DNA of 64,000 nucleotides from Scyliorhinus canicula (taxonomy: Eukaryota). This document shows, in pieces, positions 24,501 to 38,284 of this stretch. The DNA lies in the NCBI RefSeq assembly GCF_902713615.1, contig NC_052176.1:11608243-11672242 (forward strand), written 5' to 3'. Position 1 is the stretch's first letter; each line of letters opens with the position of its first letter. The position numbers were made by a program, and so were the translations under genes. Under the pieces are notes generated by a model. It ran no database searches. It saw only the letters and a program-made list of their open reading frames with translations, and was not told where the DNA came from.

Positions 24501-25250
24501 GCTTACATTAACACTGCAATGAAGTTCCTGTGAAAATCCCCTAGTCACCACATTCTGGCGCCTGTTTGGGTACAGGGAGGGAGAATTCAGAATGTCCAAA
24601 TTACCTAACAGCACAACTTTTGGGACTGTCTATCAATGAGTGTGTATAGTAACCTCACTGTCTCTCTGTGATATATAATGAATATTCTTGTGCTTTCTGC
24701 TCAGTTACTGATTTGTGTGTATGTGAGACAGATAGGGGAGTGTTGAGAGAGAGTGTGTGTCTTTACCCTCACTGTCTCTCTTTGCTATATAACACATATT
24801 TTATTCTCTCACACACACACTTGAACACTATCTCATTCACACACATACCAGTAACTGAGCGGTAAAATATGCATTATACATCGCAGAGAGACAGTGAGTG
24901 TAAAACACACACACACACTCTATTTCTCGGGCAAACACTAACTCTCACACACACTCGCACTCTCTCACTCACTCATGCTTCCTTTCTCACAGACTCTCTC
25001 ACACACACCTTCACTGAGCAGTAAGCAGTTAAATATGCGTTATATACCGCAGACGGACAGTGAGGGTAAAACACACTCTCGTCACTCTCACACTTCAGTT
25101 ACTGAGCAGGAAGTGGAAAAATATGCATCATATATCACAGAGACTGTGATGGTAAAACGCACTCTCTCTCACACACACACACCAGTAACTGAGCATCAAC
25201 AGCAAAATATCTGTTATGTATCAAAGAGACAACGAGGGTTAAATACACAT
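21540..25250 (+). repeat. Motif-spacer satellite, left arm: about 24 degenerate ~70-bp motifs separated by CA/CT-rich spacers
   Basis: Consensus CAGTAACTGAGCAGTAAGCAGTAAAATATGTGTTATATATCACAGAGAGACAGTGAGGGTAAAACAC. Confidence 0.85.
22393..22680 (-). mobile_element. Old HE1-like SINE, mirrored at 30642-30933
   Basis: V-SINE core; present in both arms, so it predates the duplication. Confidence 0.8.
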
Positions 25251-25279
25251 AAGCTCACTCGCTCACACACACCCACACT

Positions 25280-27829
25280 CACTCGCGCGCGCCCACTCTC
25301 TCTCGCACGCTCCCACTCTCTCTCGCGCGCGCCCACTCTCTCTCGCGCGCTCCCACTCTCTCTCGCGCGCTCCCACTCTCTCTCGCGCGCTCCCACTCTC
25401 TCTCGCGCGCGCCCACTCTCTCTCTCGCGCGCCCACTCTCGCGCGCGCCCACTCTCTCTCGCGCTCGCCCACTCTCTCTCTCGCGCGCCCACTCTCTCTC
25501 GCACGCTCCCACTCTCTCTCGCGCGCGCCCACTCTCTCTCGCGCGCGCCCCACTCTCTCTTGCGCGCGCCCACTCTCTATCGCGCGCGCCCACTCTCTCT
25601 CTCGCGCGCCCCACTCTCTCTCTCGCGCGCCCACTCTCTCTCGCGCGCGCCCACTCTCTCTCGCGCGCGCCCACTCTCTCTCGCGCGCGCCCACTCTCTC
25701 TCGCGCGCGCCCACTCTCTCTCGCGCGCCCACTCTCTCGCGCGCGCCCACCTTCTCTCTCTCACANNNNNNNNNNNNNNNNNNNNNNNNNNNNNNNNNNN
25801 NNNNNNNNNNNNNNNNNNNNNNNNNNNNNNNNNNNNNNNNNNNNNNNNNNNNNNNNNNNNNNNNNNNNNNNNNNNNNNNNNNNNNNNNNNNNNNNNNNNN
25901 NNNNNNNNNNNNNNNNNNNNNNNNNNNNNNNNNNNNNNNNNNNNNNNNNNNNNNNCTCTCACAGACACCCACTCTCTCTCACAGACACCCACTCTCTCTC
26001 ACAGACACCCACTCTCTCTCACACACACCCACTCTCTCACAGACACCCACTCTCTCTCACAGACACCCACTCTCTCTCACACACACCCACTCTCTCTCAC
26101 AGACACCCACTCTCTCTCACAGACACCCACTCTCTCTCACAGACACCCACTCTCTCTCACAGACACCCACTCTCTCTCACAGACACCCACTCTCTCTCAC
26201 ACACACCCACTCTCTCACAGACACCCACTCTCCACACACACCCACTCTCTCTCACACACACCCACTCTCTCACAGACACCCACTCTCTCTCACACACACC
26301 CACTCACTCTCACACACCCACTCTCTCTCTCTCTCACACCCACTCTCTCTCACAGACACCCACTCTCTCTCACACACACCCACTCTCTCTCACAGACACC
26401 CACTCTCTCTCACAGACACCCACTCTCTCACAGACACCCACTCTCTCTCACACCCACTCTCTCTCACACACCCACTCTNNNNNNNNNNNNNNNNNNNNNN
26501 NNNNNNNNNNNNNNNNNNNNNNNNNNNNNNNNNNNNNNNNNNNNNNNNNNNNNNNNNNNNNNNNNNNNNNNNNNNNNNNNNNNNNNNNNNNNNNNNNNNN
26601 NNNNNNNNNNCTCTCTCACAAACACCCACTCTCTCACACACACCCACCCACTCTCACACACCCACTCTCACACACCCACTCTCTCACACACCCACTCTCT
26701 CTCACACACCCACTCTCTCACAGACACCCACACTCTCTCACACACCCACTCTCTCTCACACACCCACTCTCTCACAGACACCCACTCTCTCTCACAGATA
26801 CCCACTCTCTCACACACACCCGCTCTCTCACAGACACCCACTCTCTCACANNNNNNNNNNNNNNNNNNNNNNNNNNNNNNNNNNNNNNNNNNNNNNNNNN
26901 NNNNNNNNNNNNNNNNNNNNNNNNNNNNNNNNNNNNNNNNNNNNNNNNNNNNNNNNNNNNNNNNNNNNNNNNNNNNNNNNNNNNNNNNNNNNNNNNNNNN
27001 NNNNNNNNNNNNNNNNNNNNNNNNNNNNNNNNNNNNNNNNNNNNNNNNNNNNNNNNNNNNNNNNNNNNNNNNNNNNNNNNNNNNNNNNNNNNNNNNNNNN
27101 NNNNNNNNNNNNNNNNNNNNNNNNNNNNNNNNNNNNNNNNNNNNNNNNNNNNNNNNNNNNNNNNNNNNNNNNNNNNNNNNNNNNNNNNNNNNNNNNNNNN
27201 NNNNNNNNNNNNNNNNNNNNNNNNNNNNNNNNNNNNNNNNNNNNNNNNNNNNNNNNNNNNNNNNNNNNNNNNNNNNNNNNNNNNNNNNNNNNNNNNNNNN
27301 NNNNNNNNNNNNNNNNNNNNNNNNNNNNNNNNNNNNNNNNNNNNNNNNNNAGTGGCGCGCGCGAGAGAGAGTGGTGCGGGGCGCGAGGAGAGAGTGGGCG
27401 CGCGCGAGAGAGAGTGGGCGCGCGCGAGAGAGAGTGGGCGCGCGCGAGAGAGAGTGGGCGCGCGCGAGAGAGAGTGGGCGCGCGCGAGAGAGAGTGGGCG
27501 CGCGCGAGAGAGAGTGGGCGCGCGCGAGAGAGAGTGGGCGCGCGCGAGAGAGAGTGGGCGCGCGCGAGAGAGAGTGGGCGCGCGCGAGAGAGAGTGGGCG
27601 CGCGCGAGAGAGAGTGGGCGCGCGCGAGAGAGAGTGGCGCGCGCGAGAGAGAGTGGCGGCGCGAGAGAGTGGGCGCGCGCGAGAGAGAGTGGGCGCGCGC
27701 GAGAGAGAGTGGGCGCGCGCGAGAGAGAGTGGGAGCGCGCGAGAGAGAGAGAGAGATTGGGTGCGCATGAGAGAGAGAGAGTGGGTGCGCGTGAGAGAGA
27801 GAGAGAGAGAGAGTGGGTGCGCGTGAGAG
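25280..27829. repeat. 20-bp central minisatellite in CG-rich and CA-rich forms, with assembly gaps
   Basis: CCACTCTCTCTCGCGCGCGC (25280-25750), CCACTCTCTCTCACAGACAC (25956-26850), reverse-complement CG form (27351-27829). N runs at 25766-25955, 26479-26610, 26851-27350 and 27830-27983. Confidence 0.85.
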
Positions 27830-29297
27830 NNNNNNNNNNNNNNNNNNNNNNNNNNNNNNNNNNNNNNNNNNNNNNNNNNNNNNNNNNNNNNNNNNNNNNN
27901 NNNNNNNNNNNNNNNNNNNNNNNNNNNNNNNNNNNNNNNNNNNNNNNNNNNNNNNNNNNNNNNNNNNNNNNNNNNNNNNNNNNTGAGAGAGAGAGAGTGG
28001 GTGTGTGTTTCTGAGAGAGAGAGAGTGGGTGTGTGTTTCTGAGAGAGAGAGAGTGGGTGTGTGTGAGTGTGGGTGTGTGCGAGTGAGCTTGTGGGTATTT
28101 TACCCTCATTGTCTCTTCGATATATGACAGATATTTTGCTGTTGATGCTCAGTTACTGGTGTGTGTGTGAGAGTGGGTGTGTGTGTGAGAGAGTGGGTGT
28201 GTGAGAGAGAGAGTAGGTGCGCGTGACAGAGTGTGGGTATGTGTGAGAGAGAGTGGGTATGTGTGAGAGTGTGAGCGAGTGAGCTTATGTGTATTTAACC
28301 CTCATTGTCTCTTTGATATATAACAGATATTTTGCTGTTGATGCTCAGTTACTGGTGTGTGTGTCAGAGAGAGAGAGTGCGTTTTACCATCACAGTCTCT
28401 GTGATATATGATGCATATTTTTCCACTTCCTGCTCAGTAACTGAAGTGCGAGAGTGGCGAGAGTGTGTTTTACCCTCACTGTCTCTCTGCGGTATATAAC
28501 GCATATTTAACTGCTTACTGCTCAGTGAAGGTGTGTGTGTGAGAGTCTGTGAGAAAGGAAGCATGAGTGAGAGAGAGAGTGTGAGTGTGTGTGAGAGTTA
28601 GTGTTTGCCCGAGAAACAGAGTGTGAATGTGTGTTTTACCCTCACTGTCTCTCTCCGATGTATAATGCATATTTTACTGCTCAGTTACTGGTGTGTGGGT
28701 CTGTGAGTGAGAGTGTGTGAGTATATTAGTGAGTAGTGAGTGTGTGTGTGTTTATTCTTACTGTTCAGTTACTGGCGTGTGAGAGAGAGTGTGCGCGTTT
28801 TACCCTTAATGTCTCTCCATGATATGTATCACATATTTGACTGCTTACTGCTCAGTTACTGGTGTGTGAGAGTGAATGGGAGTGTGTGAGAGAGAGAGTG
28901 AGAGAGGGAGAGAGAGAGAAAGTTGATATTTAATGATTATTGTACAACTCAGTTACTGGTGTGTGCATGAGTGTGTGAGTGTGCGTTTGACCCTCAATAT
29001 TTCTTGTGATATGGAACACATATTTTAATGTTTACTGCTCATTTACTAGTCAGTGAGAGTCTGTGAATGAGTTTTATGCTCAGTGTTTCTATGACATACA
29101 AAATATTTTACTGCTCAGGTATTGTTGGGTGAATGTGTTAGAGAGTGAGTGAGTTTGGCTGTCAGTTTTACCCTCACTGTCTTTGATAAATAACACATAT
29201 TTTAGTGATCACTTCTGGTACTGGTGTGTGTGTATGAGAGATTGTGTATGTGTGAGAGTGTGTGTGTATTTTTCCTCACTGTCTCGCGTTGATATAT

Positions 29298-29634
29298 CAT
29301 AGAATTTACAGTGCCATTCGGCCCATCGAGTCTGCACCGGCTCTTGGAAAGAGCAGCCTACCCAAGGTCAACACCTCCACCCTATCCCCATAACCCAGTA
29401 ACCCCACCCAACACTAAGGGCAATTTTGGACACTAAGGGCAATTTATCATGGCCAATCCACCTAACCTGCACATCATTGGACTGTGGGAGGAAACCGGAG
29501 CACCCGGAGGGAACCCACGCACACACGGGGAGGATGTGCAGACAACGCACAGACAGTGACACAAGCCGGGAATCGAACCCGGGACCCTGGAGCTGTGAAG
29601 CAATTGTGCTAGCCACTGTGCCTCCGTGCTGCCC
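29298..29634 (-). mobile_element. Young HE1-like SINE, right arm only
   Basis: Inserted into a satellite unit (GATATAT^AACAC); the mirror site near 23745 is empty. Confidence 0.88.
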
Positions 29635-29802
29635 ACATATAACACATATTTTTCCCTTACTGGAATGTGTGTGAGAGTTTTACCCTCACTATGTATCTGT
29701 GATAGATAACATATTTAACTGCTCACTGCTCTGTGACTGGAATGTATGTGAGTGAGTGTGTATGAGAGAGCCTGTGAGTGTGTATGAGAGAGGGAACATC
29801 TG

Positions 29803-30117
29803 GTAGTGGTTAGCACAAATGCTTCACAGCTCCAGGGTCAAATCCCGGCTTGTTCACTGTCTGTGTGGAGTCTGCACGTTCTCCCCGTGTGTGGGTGGGT
29901 TTCCTCCGGGTGCTCCGGTTTCCTCCCACAGTCCAAAGATGTGCAGGTTAGGTGAATTGGCCAGGCTAAATTGCCCTCAGGGTCCAAATTGCCCTTAGTG
30001 TTAGGTGGGGTTACCGGGATAGGGTGGAGGTATGGGCTTGGGTAGGGTGCTCGTTCCAAGAGCTGGTGCAGACTCGATGGGCCGAATGGCCTCGTTCTGC
30101 ACTGTAAATTCTATGAT
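29803..30117 (+). mobile_element. HE1-like SINE, right arm only
   Basis: Inserted at GGAACATCTG^TGTGAGAAAG; the mirror site near 23135 is empty. Confidence 0.85.
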
Positions 30118-32159
30118 AATCTGTGTGTGAGAAAGAGCGTGTGTGTGACAGTGTGCGAGTGTGTGCTTTTCTGTGATATATAACTAATATTTTACAGCTT
30201 ACTGCTCAGTTAATGGTGTGTATGTGTGGGAGTTTGTGGGAGTGAGATAGTGTGTGTGAGAGGGAGGGAGTATGAGTGAGATAGTGTGTGTGAGAGGGAG
30301 GGAGTGAGTGAGATTTTTATCCTCCCTCTGTCTCTATGACATGGACACACATTTTACAGCAGACTGATCAGTTAATGGTGTGTGTGAGTGTCAGTGTGTA
30401 TGAGAGAGATTGAGTGTAAGTTTTATCCTCACTGTCTCTCTGTGACATAGTACACATATTTTACTGCTTGTGGGTCAATTGCTGGTGTGAGAGAGTATGT
30501 GTGAGAGAATGTGTGAGAGGTGTGTGTGTCAGAGAAAGTGAGTGGGTAAGTGTATGTGTGTGAGGGAGAGTCTGTGAGTATGTGTGAGGGATGATGAGTG
30601 TGTGTGGGAGCAATAGGGTGAAAAGTGGATGTGCTGCTGATGGGCAGCAGGGTGGCACAGCGCCAGAGACCTGGGTTTGATTCCGACCTCAGGCGACGGT
30701 CTGTGCGCAGTTTGTACATTCTTCCCGCGTCTGTTTGGGTTCCCTCCGGGTGCTCCAGTTTCCTCCCACAGTCCAAAAAATGTGCAAGTCAGGTGGAATT
30801 GATATGCTCAACTATCCCTTGGTGGGGTTACAAGGAGAAGGTGGGAGATTGGTCTTAGGTAGCATGCTCATTCAGAGGGTCAATACAGACTCGATGGGTT
30901 GAATGGCTTCTTTTTGCACTGTAGGGTTTCTATGAGAGAGAGTGTGAGAGATAGAGAGAGAGTGTGTGTCTGTGTGTTTGCGCATGTTTTACCCTCACTG
31001 TTTCTCTGCGATATATAACAAATATTTTACTGCTTATTTCTCAGGGAAATGTGAGACAGTGTTTGAGAGATGGCGTGAGTGTGTGCTTTACCCTCACTTG
31101 TCTCTCTTTGATGTAGAACACATATTTTACAGCTTACTGCTCAGTTACCGCTGTGTGACTGTCTGAGTGAGAGAGTGTGAGTGAGAGAGTGTGAGTGAGA
31201 GAGTGAATGCATGTTTTACCCTCACTGTATCTCTGGTATATCTACCATATTTAATTGATTACTGCTCAGTGACTGGTGTGTGTGTGAGAGAGGGAGAGTG
31301 TGTGTGTGAGAGAGTGTGAGTGAGTGAGTATTAACCTCACAGTCTCTCTCTGATATATAATTAATATATTATTGTTCAGTTATTGATTTGTGAGTATGTG
31401 TGGGAGAGACAGTCCTTGGGTGTCTGTGAGAGGGTGTATGTGAGACAGAGTGTGAGTGAGTGTGTATAAACCTCACTGTTACTCTGTGCTATACAGGGCA
31501 TATATTTTACTGCTCAATGCTCAGTTATTGCTGTGAGAGGGTGTGTTTCACCCTCAGAATCTGTGATATAAAATTCATATTTAGTGCTTACTGCTAAGTT
31601 ACTTGTGAGTGAGCCTGTGCATGAGAAAATGTGAGTGTATGTTTTACCCTCACTGTCTCTCTGTGATAGATAATGTATATTTACTGCATACTGTGAAAGA
31701 GAATGTGTGAGTCTGTTTTACCCTCAATGTCTGTGTATGAGATATGGCATATTTTACTGCTTCCTGTGCAGTTGTTGGTGTCTGAATGTGTGTGAGTATG
31801 TTTTCCACTGTAGCTGCCTGTCTCTGTTATGGGTCAAGTGTTATGAAAAAAATAATTTCATCCTGTAACTCTCTGTCTCTGTTCTGTATGCTTGCATTTG
31901 TAGCTGTCTATCCCGGTTATGGGATTCTGCATTTAATCTCTATCTGTTCACCTCTCTGATATGTGATTTTATTGTATTTTCTATACTTGTCAATATCTGT
32001 TTTGTGAGTTAATGGTGAACATTCTGTTCAGTATTGATCTTCCATTATTACTTTTAGTGACAACATTGATATGTTAAATGATCTATTTCCATGTCTGTTT
32101 CATGAAAATGACACTGTACCGTTATATCTGAGATTGTGTGAGATATTTGGATTGGAATT

Positions 32160-33605
32160 TAATATTTTGTTTTGGGAGGTTTCTTGGTAGAAGTTTATGA
32201 TTAATTCAGCACTTTTCAATCAGCTGTACTATCCGACCTGTTACCTGTGCCAAAGGTTCACAACTTGTGAGATGAAAGGATGGCCTTACAATCTGGTAAT
32301 TGTCCTTTTGGAGAACTATTTAAATGTATAATTTTTCTGTTAATGCCTTATTCAAGTGCTTTGTTTGTGATACATTTTAAATGAAGAAAGTTACAAAATA
32401 GTGCAAATGGATACTTGCACATTGATTGCTGAATCAATAGCCTAATTAATACTATACCGATTACTTTACAGATGAAACGCAGTTGTCACAACCAGTTGAT
32501 CCAACATTCCATGAGAGAGTAGGGGTGAATTGTGGAAAATTATACCGCCTGTCCTCTCGTGTATCTGCAAATAATATTTACATTATCTCCAGAGGTCCAG
32601 ATTTACTTGAATTGCTTCAATTGGATAATGCGGACTGTTGGATTGGGCATGTTTATCTGGGAATTGAGCTCATTGTAAGTGTGGCTGCTTCTGTTCCCTG
32701 TGACGGTGGAGCTGATGTTGTGTCTGTGTCTCTGCAATGTTGGATTAATATTGTACTTACTGTGAGTTAGAAGGAGACGGCAGCACATTCATGTTGCTGA
32801 GGAATCATCATCTTGGAACTCATCTCTTCATCTGTTGAACGAGGGGGAAGAAAACGTATCTCTTGTAAATCAGGGTCAGATGAGGCCAATGAGAGATCAA
32901 TCAATTCTTTCAATTTCTAATCAGTAAAATAAAGAAAATACTGTGCAAATCCTGCCCCAGAATCAGACAATAAGCCAGGCCCAGAAAGAGCTCTCCCTTC
33001 CCCCCGCTCACTCCAAGTCCCGGAACAAGATGGGGCTCCCGCTGCGCCTCTTGCAAACAGCCCCCGATTCTCCCTGAACTCCCCCCGAGTCAGTAATGAT
33101 CTCTGAGCCTCTTTGCTCACACTCCCAAATGGATGTGCTGCTGCAATGAGAACGCTGTTTCCTCGCTGACCTGGGCCCTGACATTTCACTCAGTTTGAAC
33201 AAAGCGTCTCCACTCACTGAGCAAAAGGAGAGTGTGTGGGGGAGGGGATGCGCATGCGCTCTCAATCGCAGAATGACGACAGGCAGGGGTGGGGCTACCC
33301 CGGACCTGCGCAGATCCGCGCAGCAATTCCGCCTTGAGAATCAATGGGAATATTCCCCATTTCACTGTCATCACATTTGGAGCAAAACCTCCGATAGAGC
33401 CCGTGTTGGGGGGACTGTGTGTGTGTGGGTGCAAGTGGCCCTGCGCCCCAGGGCTCAACCAATCACCTTTGTAGCTGTGTGTTTGTCCCAATGAGATATT
33501 CAATTTGCAGCCATTGCCTGCAGCTTGTTTGTTATTACACTGCCATTCAGCCCCTCAAACTCACACTTTCTGCAAACTTACATTTCACTGACTGAATTCA
33601 TTTTT
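32160..33605 (-). repeat. Cassette copy D, convergent with copy C
   Basis: Reverse complement of 19757-21180. Confidence 0.88.
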
Positions 33606-34441
33606 CATAGAAGCATACAATATATTTTCAAAAATATACTACATTTATAAAATCCCTTGAAACAAACATTGTCAAACATTTCAAATTGTCATCACAACAA
33701 TATCGTATCGTACAATAATATTTACATTTTCTCCAGAGGTCCAGATTTACTTGAATTTCTTCAATTGAATAATGAGAACATTACACACATTTCAATATTC
33801 ACATTACAATTCTTCTCAAAATATTTACATCGGTCATGTTCCACCCTGTGACGCTTCAATAATTTAAAACATTTTCCACAGTTACCAGCCCCTCTAGAGT
33901 GTTAATCATACAGACCATAAGGCACAGGTGCAGAATTAGGCCACTCGGCCCATCTGGTCTACTCCGCCATCCAATCATGGCTGATATTTTCTCATCCCCA
34001 TTCTCCTGCCTTCTCCCCATAACCCCTGAGCCCCTTATTAATCAAGAATCTATCTATCTCGGACTTAAAGACACTCCGTGATTTGGCCTCCACAGATTCA
34101 CCACCCTCTGGCTGAAGAGGTTCCTCCTCATCTCTGTTTTAAATGATTGCCCCTTTAGTCTGAGGTGATGGATGTTGTCCTCTGGTTCTTGTTTTTCCTC
34201 CAAGTCGAGACATCCTCTCCATGTCCCCTCTATCCAGACCTCGCAGTATCCTGGAAGTTTCAATAAGATCCCCCCTCGTTCTTCTAAACTCCAACGAGTA
34301 CAGACCCAGAGTTCCCAAACGTTCTTCACATGACAAGTTCTTCATTCCAGGGATCAATCTTGTGAACCTCCTCGGGGTGGGGGGGGGGGGGGGGGGGGGA
34401 GGTTTACAAAGTTACCAGATCCTTTTTAGTATTAATCAGCG

Positions 34442-34610
34442 GCTGGTTCGGCACAGGGCTAAAGAGCTGGCTTTTAAAGCAGACCAAGGCAGGCCAACAG
34501 CACGGTTCAATTCCTTATCAGCCTCCCCAAACAGGCGCTGGACTGTAGTGACCGGGGCTTTTCACAGTAACTTCATTTGAAGCCTACTTGTGACTTTCAT
34601 TTTCATTCAT
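34442..34610 (+). mobile_element. Second, short tRNA-derived SINE family; other copies at 24478-24630(-), 42060-42228(-), 56570-56676(+) and 61882-61942(-)
   Basis: A/B-box-like head and shared GGGGCTTTTCACAGTAACTTCATTGAAGCCTACTTGTGAC with a simple-repeat tail. Confidence 0.75.
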
Positions 34611-35519
34611 CGCACACCCCGGTCTGTTTAACATAGAACATACAGTTCAGAAGGAGGCCATTCGGCCCACTGAGTCTGCATCGACCCGCTGAAGCTCTCA
34701 CTTCAACCTTATCCCCTTAACCCAATAACCTCTCCTAACATTTTTGAGATCTAAGGGCAATTTAGCATGGCAATCCAGCTGCGTTGCCTGTCTTTAGACT
34801 GTGGCAGGAAACCGGAGCACCCAGAGGAAACCCACGCAGACACGGGGAGAATATGCAGACCCCGCACAGTCAGTGACCCAGCGGGGAATCGAGCCTGGGA
34901 CCCTGGCGCTATGCATAGGTATTTTACTCAGTTACCAGCCCCTCTCGGGCAGCACAGTAGCATTGTGGTTCGCACAATTGCTTCACAGCTCCAGGATCCC
35001 AGGTTCGATTCCTGGCTTGGGTCACTGTCTGTGCAGTACCACATCCTTCTGGTAGTGTGGTGACCTGAACTGTGATCTCCAGATGAACTTGATGATGGCA
35101 CGGGTGACTGCTGCGCACAGGACTGGGGAATGGGCCAGACCTGCGCCACGTCCAGCAACACAGAGATCCTTCCCATATTACTACAGTGCAGAAGGAGGCC
35201 ATTCAGTCCATCGAGGCCACAGTGACTCTCTGAAAGAGCAAACCTACCCAGGCCCACTCGCTCGCAACTCCACCTAACATCCACACCGTTAGACACAAAG
35301 GGATAATTTAGCACAGCCAATCCACCTAACCTGCGAATCTTTACTGTGTGAGGAAACCCACAGAGACACAGAATGTCAGGGTCAGAGTGAACCCGGGTTC
35401 CTGGCGATGTGAGGCAGCAGTGCTGACCACTGTGCAGCCCATCATGTTGCAGATTGTCCGTGATGTTCAGCGCGCTCTTTTCACTTCTGTTTGGAATATA
35501 AAATGTGGGTTGGAGCAGG

Positions 35520-35630
35520 CAGGAGGCGGAGCTGGATGGTCAAAGACATTTCACTGCTCTGTCTGTCACTCAGTCTGCTCCCCGCCTCTCTCTCTTTCTC
35601 AGTCAGGTCGGGGCGGGCTGTATAATAAAG
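35520..35630 (+). promoter_or_regulatory. H4 promoter: site II-like element, GC box, TATA
   Basis: TTCTCAGTCAGGTCGG resembles vertebrate H4 site II (TTTTCAATCTGGTCCG); GGGGCGGG; TATAATAA at 35621; mirrored at 14110-14220. Confidence 0.65.
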
Positions 35631-35674
35631 GAAAGTGCAGCAGCTCGTCTCTCATTCAGCAGCCATTTGACTGA

Positions 35675-35995
<321 letters not shown>

Positions 35996-36029
35996 GAAAC
36001 TCCATTTGACAATTTTAACAAAACCCAAA

Positions 36030-36045
36030 GGCTCTTTTAAGAGCC
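36030..36045 (+). terminator. Histone 3' stem-loop (H4)
   Basis: GGCTCT-TTTA-AGAGCC. Confidence 0.95.
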
Positions 36046-36459
36046 GCCCAAACCCTCACATTGAGAGCACTGACCTTAGAATGGCAGCAGAATAACCCAT
36101 GGAGCTGGTTTAGCGAGTCAGACCCTGGGAACCTCGATTTCCTGTTAAGACGGGTGACGTTATAGCAGGAAATCCTTTATTATCATTCATTTGTTTTCTC
36201 ATTAGAAGGCGACATAGATTTGCTGTACAGTCTGAAACAACCTTTCTCCGCAGTCAGCCCTGTAACCGCACATAGTGAACACGGACATTGTAATGACAGC
36301 GGGAATTCTGTGCCTGCTCGGTTTTAATCATCCAATATCGGTTGAGTCGAATCCGAGACAAAAATGGGAACAGGAATCATTGAGATGTTTTTGATATTCA
36401 CAACTAGAGATTGATTTTTTTTTAGTTTTCTCAAATATCCGTTCCCTGTCCCTGTGAAA

Positions 36460-37082
<623 letters not shown>

Positions 37083-37111
37083 AACCCGGCTTCACCAATA
37101 ATAACAACAAA

Positions 37112-37152
37112 GGCTCTTTTAAGAGCCACCACGTCTGTCAGGAAAAGAGCTA
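37112..37152 (+). terminator. H3 stem-loop plus histone downstream element
   Basis: GGCTCT-TTTA-AGAGCC at 37112-37127; AAAAGAGCT at about 37143. Confidence 0.95.
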
Positions 37153-37195
37153 CAACACCCAATCCCTCATTTGCGTTGCTGTCATTTCGAATATA

Positions 37196-37414
37196 GTAAG
37201 AAGTCTTACAACACCAGGTTAAAGTCCAACAGGGTTGTTTCAAACACGAGCTTTCGGAGCACGGCTCCTTCTTCAGGTGAATGTTGACCTGAAGAAGGAG
37301 CCGTGCTCCGAAAGCTCGTGTTTGAAACAAACCTGTTGGACTTTAACCTGGTGTTGTAAGACTTCTTACTGTGCTCACCCCAGTCCAACGCCGGCATCTC
37401 CACATCATGGCTAC
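37196..37414 (+). mobile_element. Foldback Penelope pseudo-LTR insertion with a 13-bp target-site duplication and a hammerhead motif on each strand
   Basis: TSD CATTTCGAATATA at 37183-37195 and 37415-37427; palindrome 37195-37370; same family as 17910-18035. Confidence 0.85.
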
Positions 37415-37800
37415 CATTTCGAATATAAGCATCGTCAGTGTCTCATTGCATTCGGAAGCTTGAGTGACATTCTCACATGCCAGTGAATGATCACCCTTTT
37501 ACGGAGGGAGCGGGTGGTCTGAAAGACATTTTAGATTATTAGAGTCTTCCCGGTCCCACTGCTGGTTAAGGGTCGCTAAATTGACAAATAAAACAGCTCT
37601 GGTTAGTCGCACTGACATTGTAATGAAAGTGGGAATGAATTCTAAAACCCCATGGCACATAAATGGTCAGTCTCTATCGCCCTCCTGCAAATACCAACAA
37701 CAGGAATGCTCTCATTCCAGGCTGAAGCCTCAGGGAAATTCTCACAAACACGGCACTAAGCGGATCGAGAACAGGTCACCTTTTTTCAGATAAAATGAGT

Positions 37801-37816
37801 GGCTCTGAAAAGAGCC
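37801..37816 (-). terminator. Histone 3' stem-loop (H2A)
   Basis: GGCTCT-TTTC-AGAGCC on the minus strand. Confidence 0.95.
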
Positions 37817-37846
37817 TTTGGGTTATTAGATTAAAGAATGGTCGCT

Positions 37847-38284
<438 letters not shown>

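Larger units (their letters stand above)
28085..31800 (-). repeat. Motif-spacer satellite, right arm (mirror of 21540-25250)
   Basis: TTTTACCCTCACTGTCTCTCTGTGATATATAACACATATTTTACTGCTTACTGCTCAGTTACTG units in collinear mirror order. Confidence 0.85.

Noticed and set aside
24975-28109. 931-aa and other RARE/SLSR-rich ORFs
   Set aside because: Simple repeats read through N gaps.
21540-31800. CRISPR-like repeat-spacer appearance
   Set aside because: Eukaryotic DNA, degenerate ~70-bp repeats, low-complexity spacers and no cas genes.
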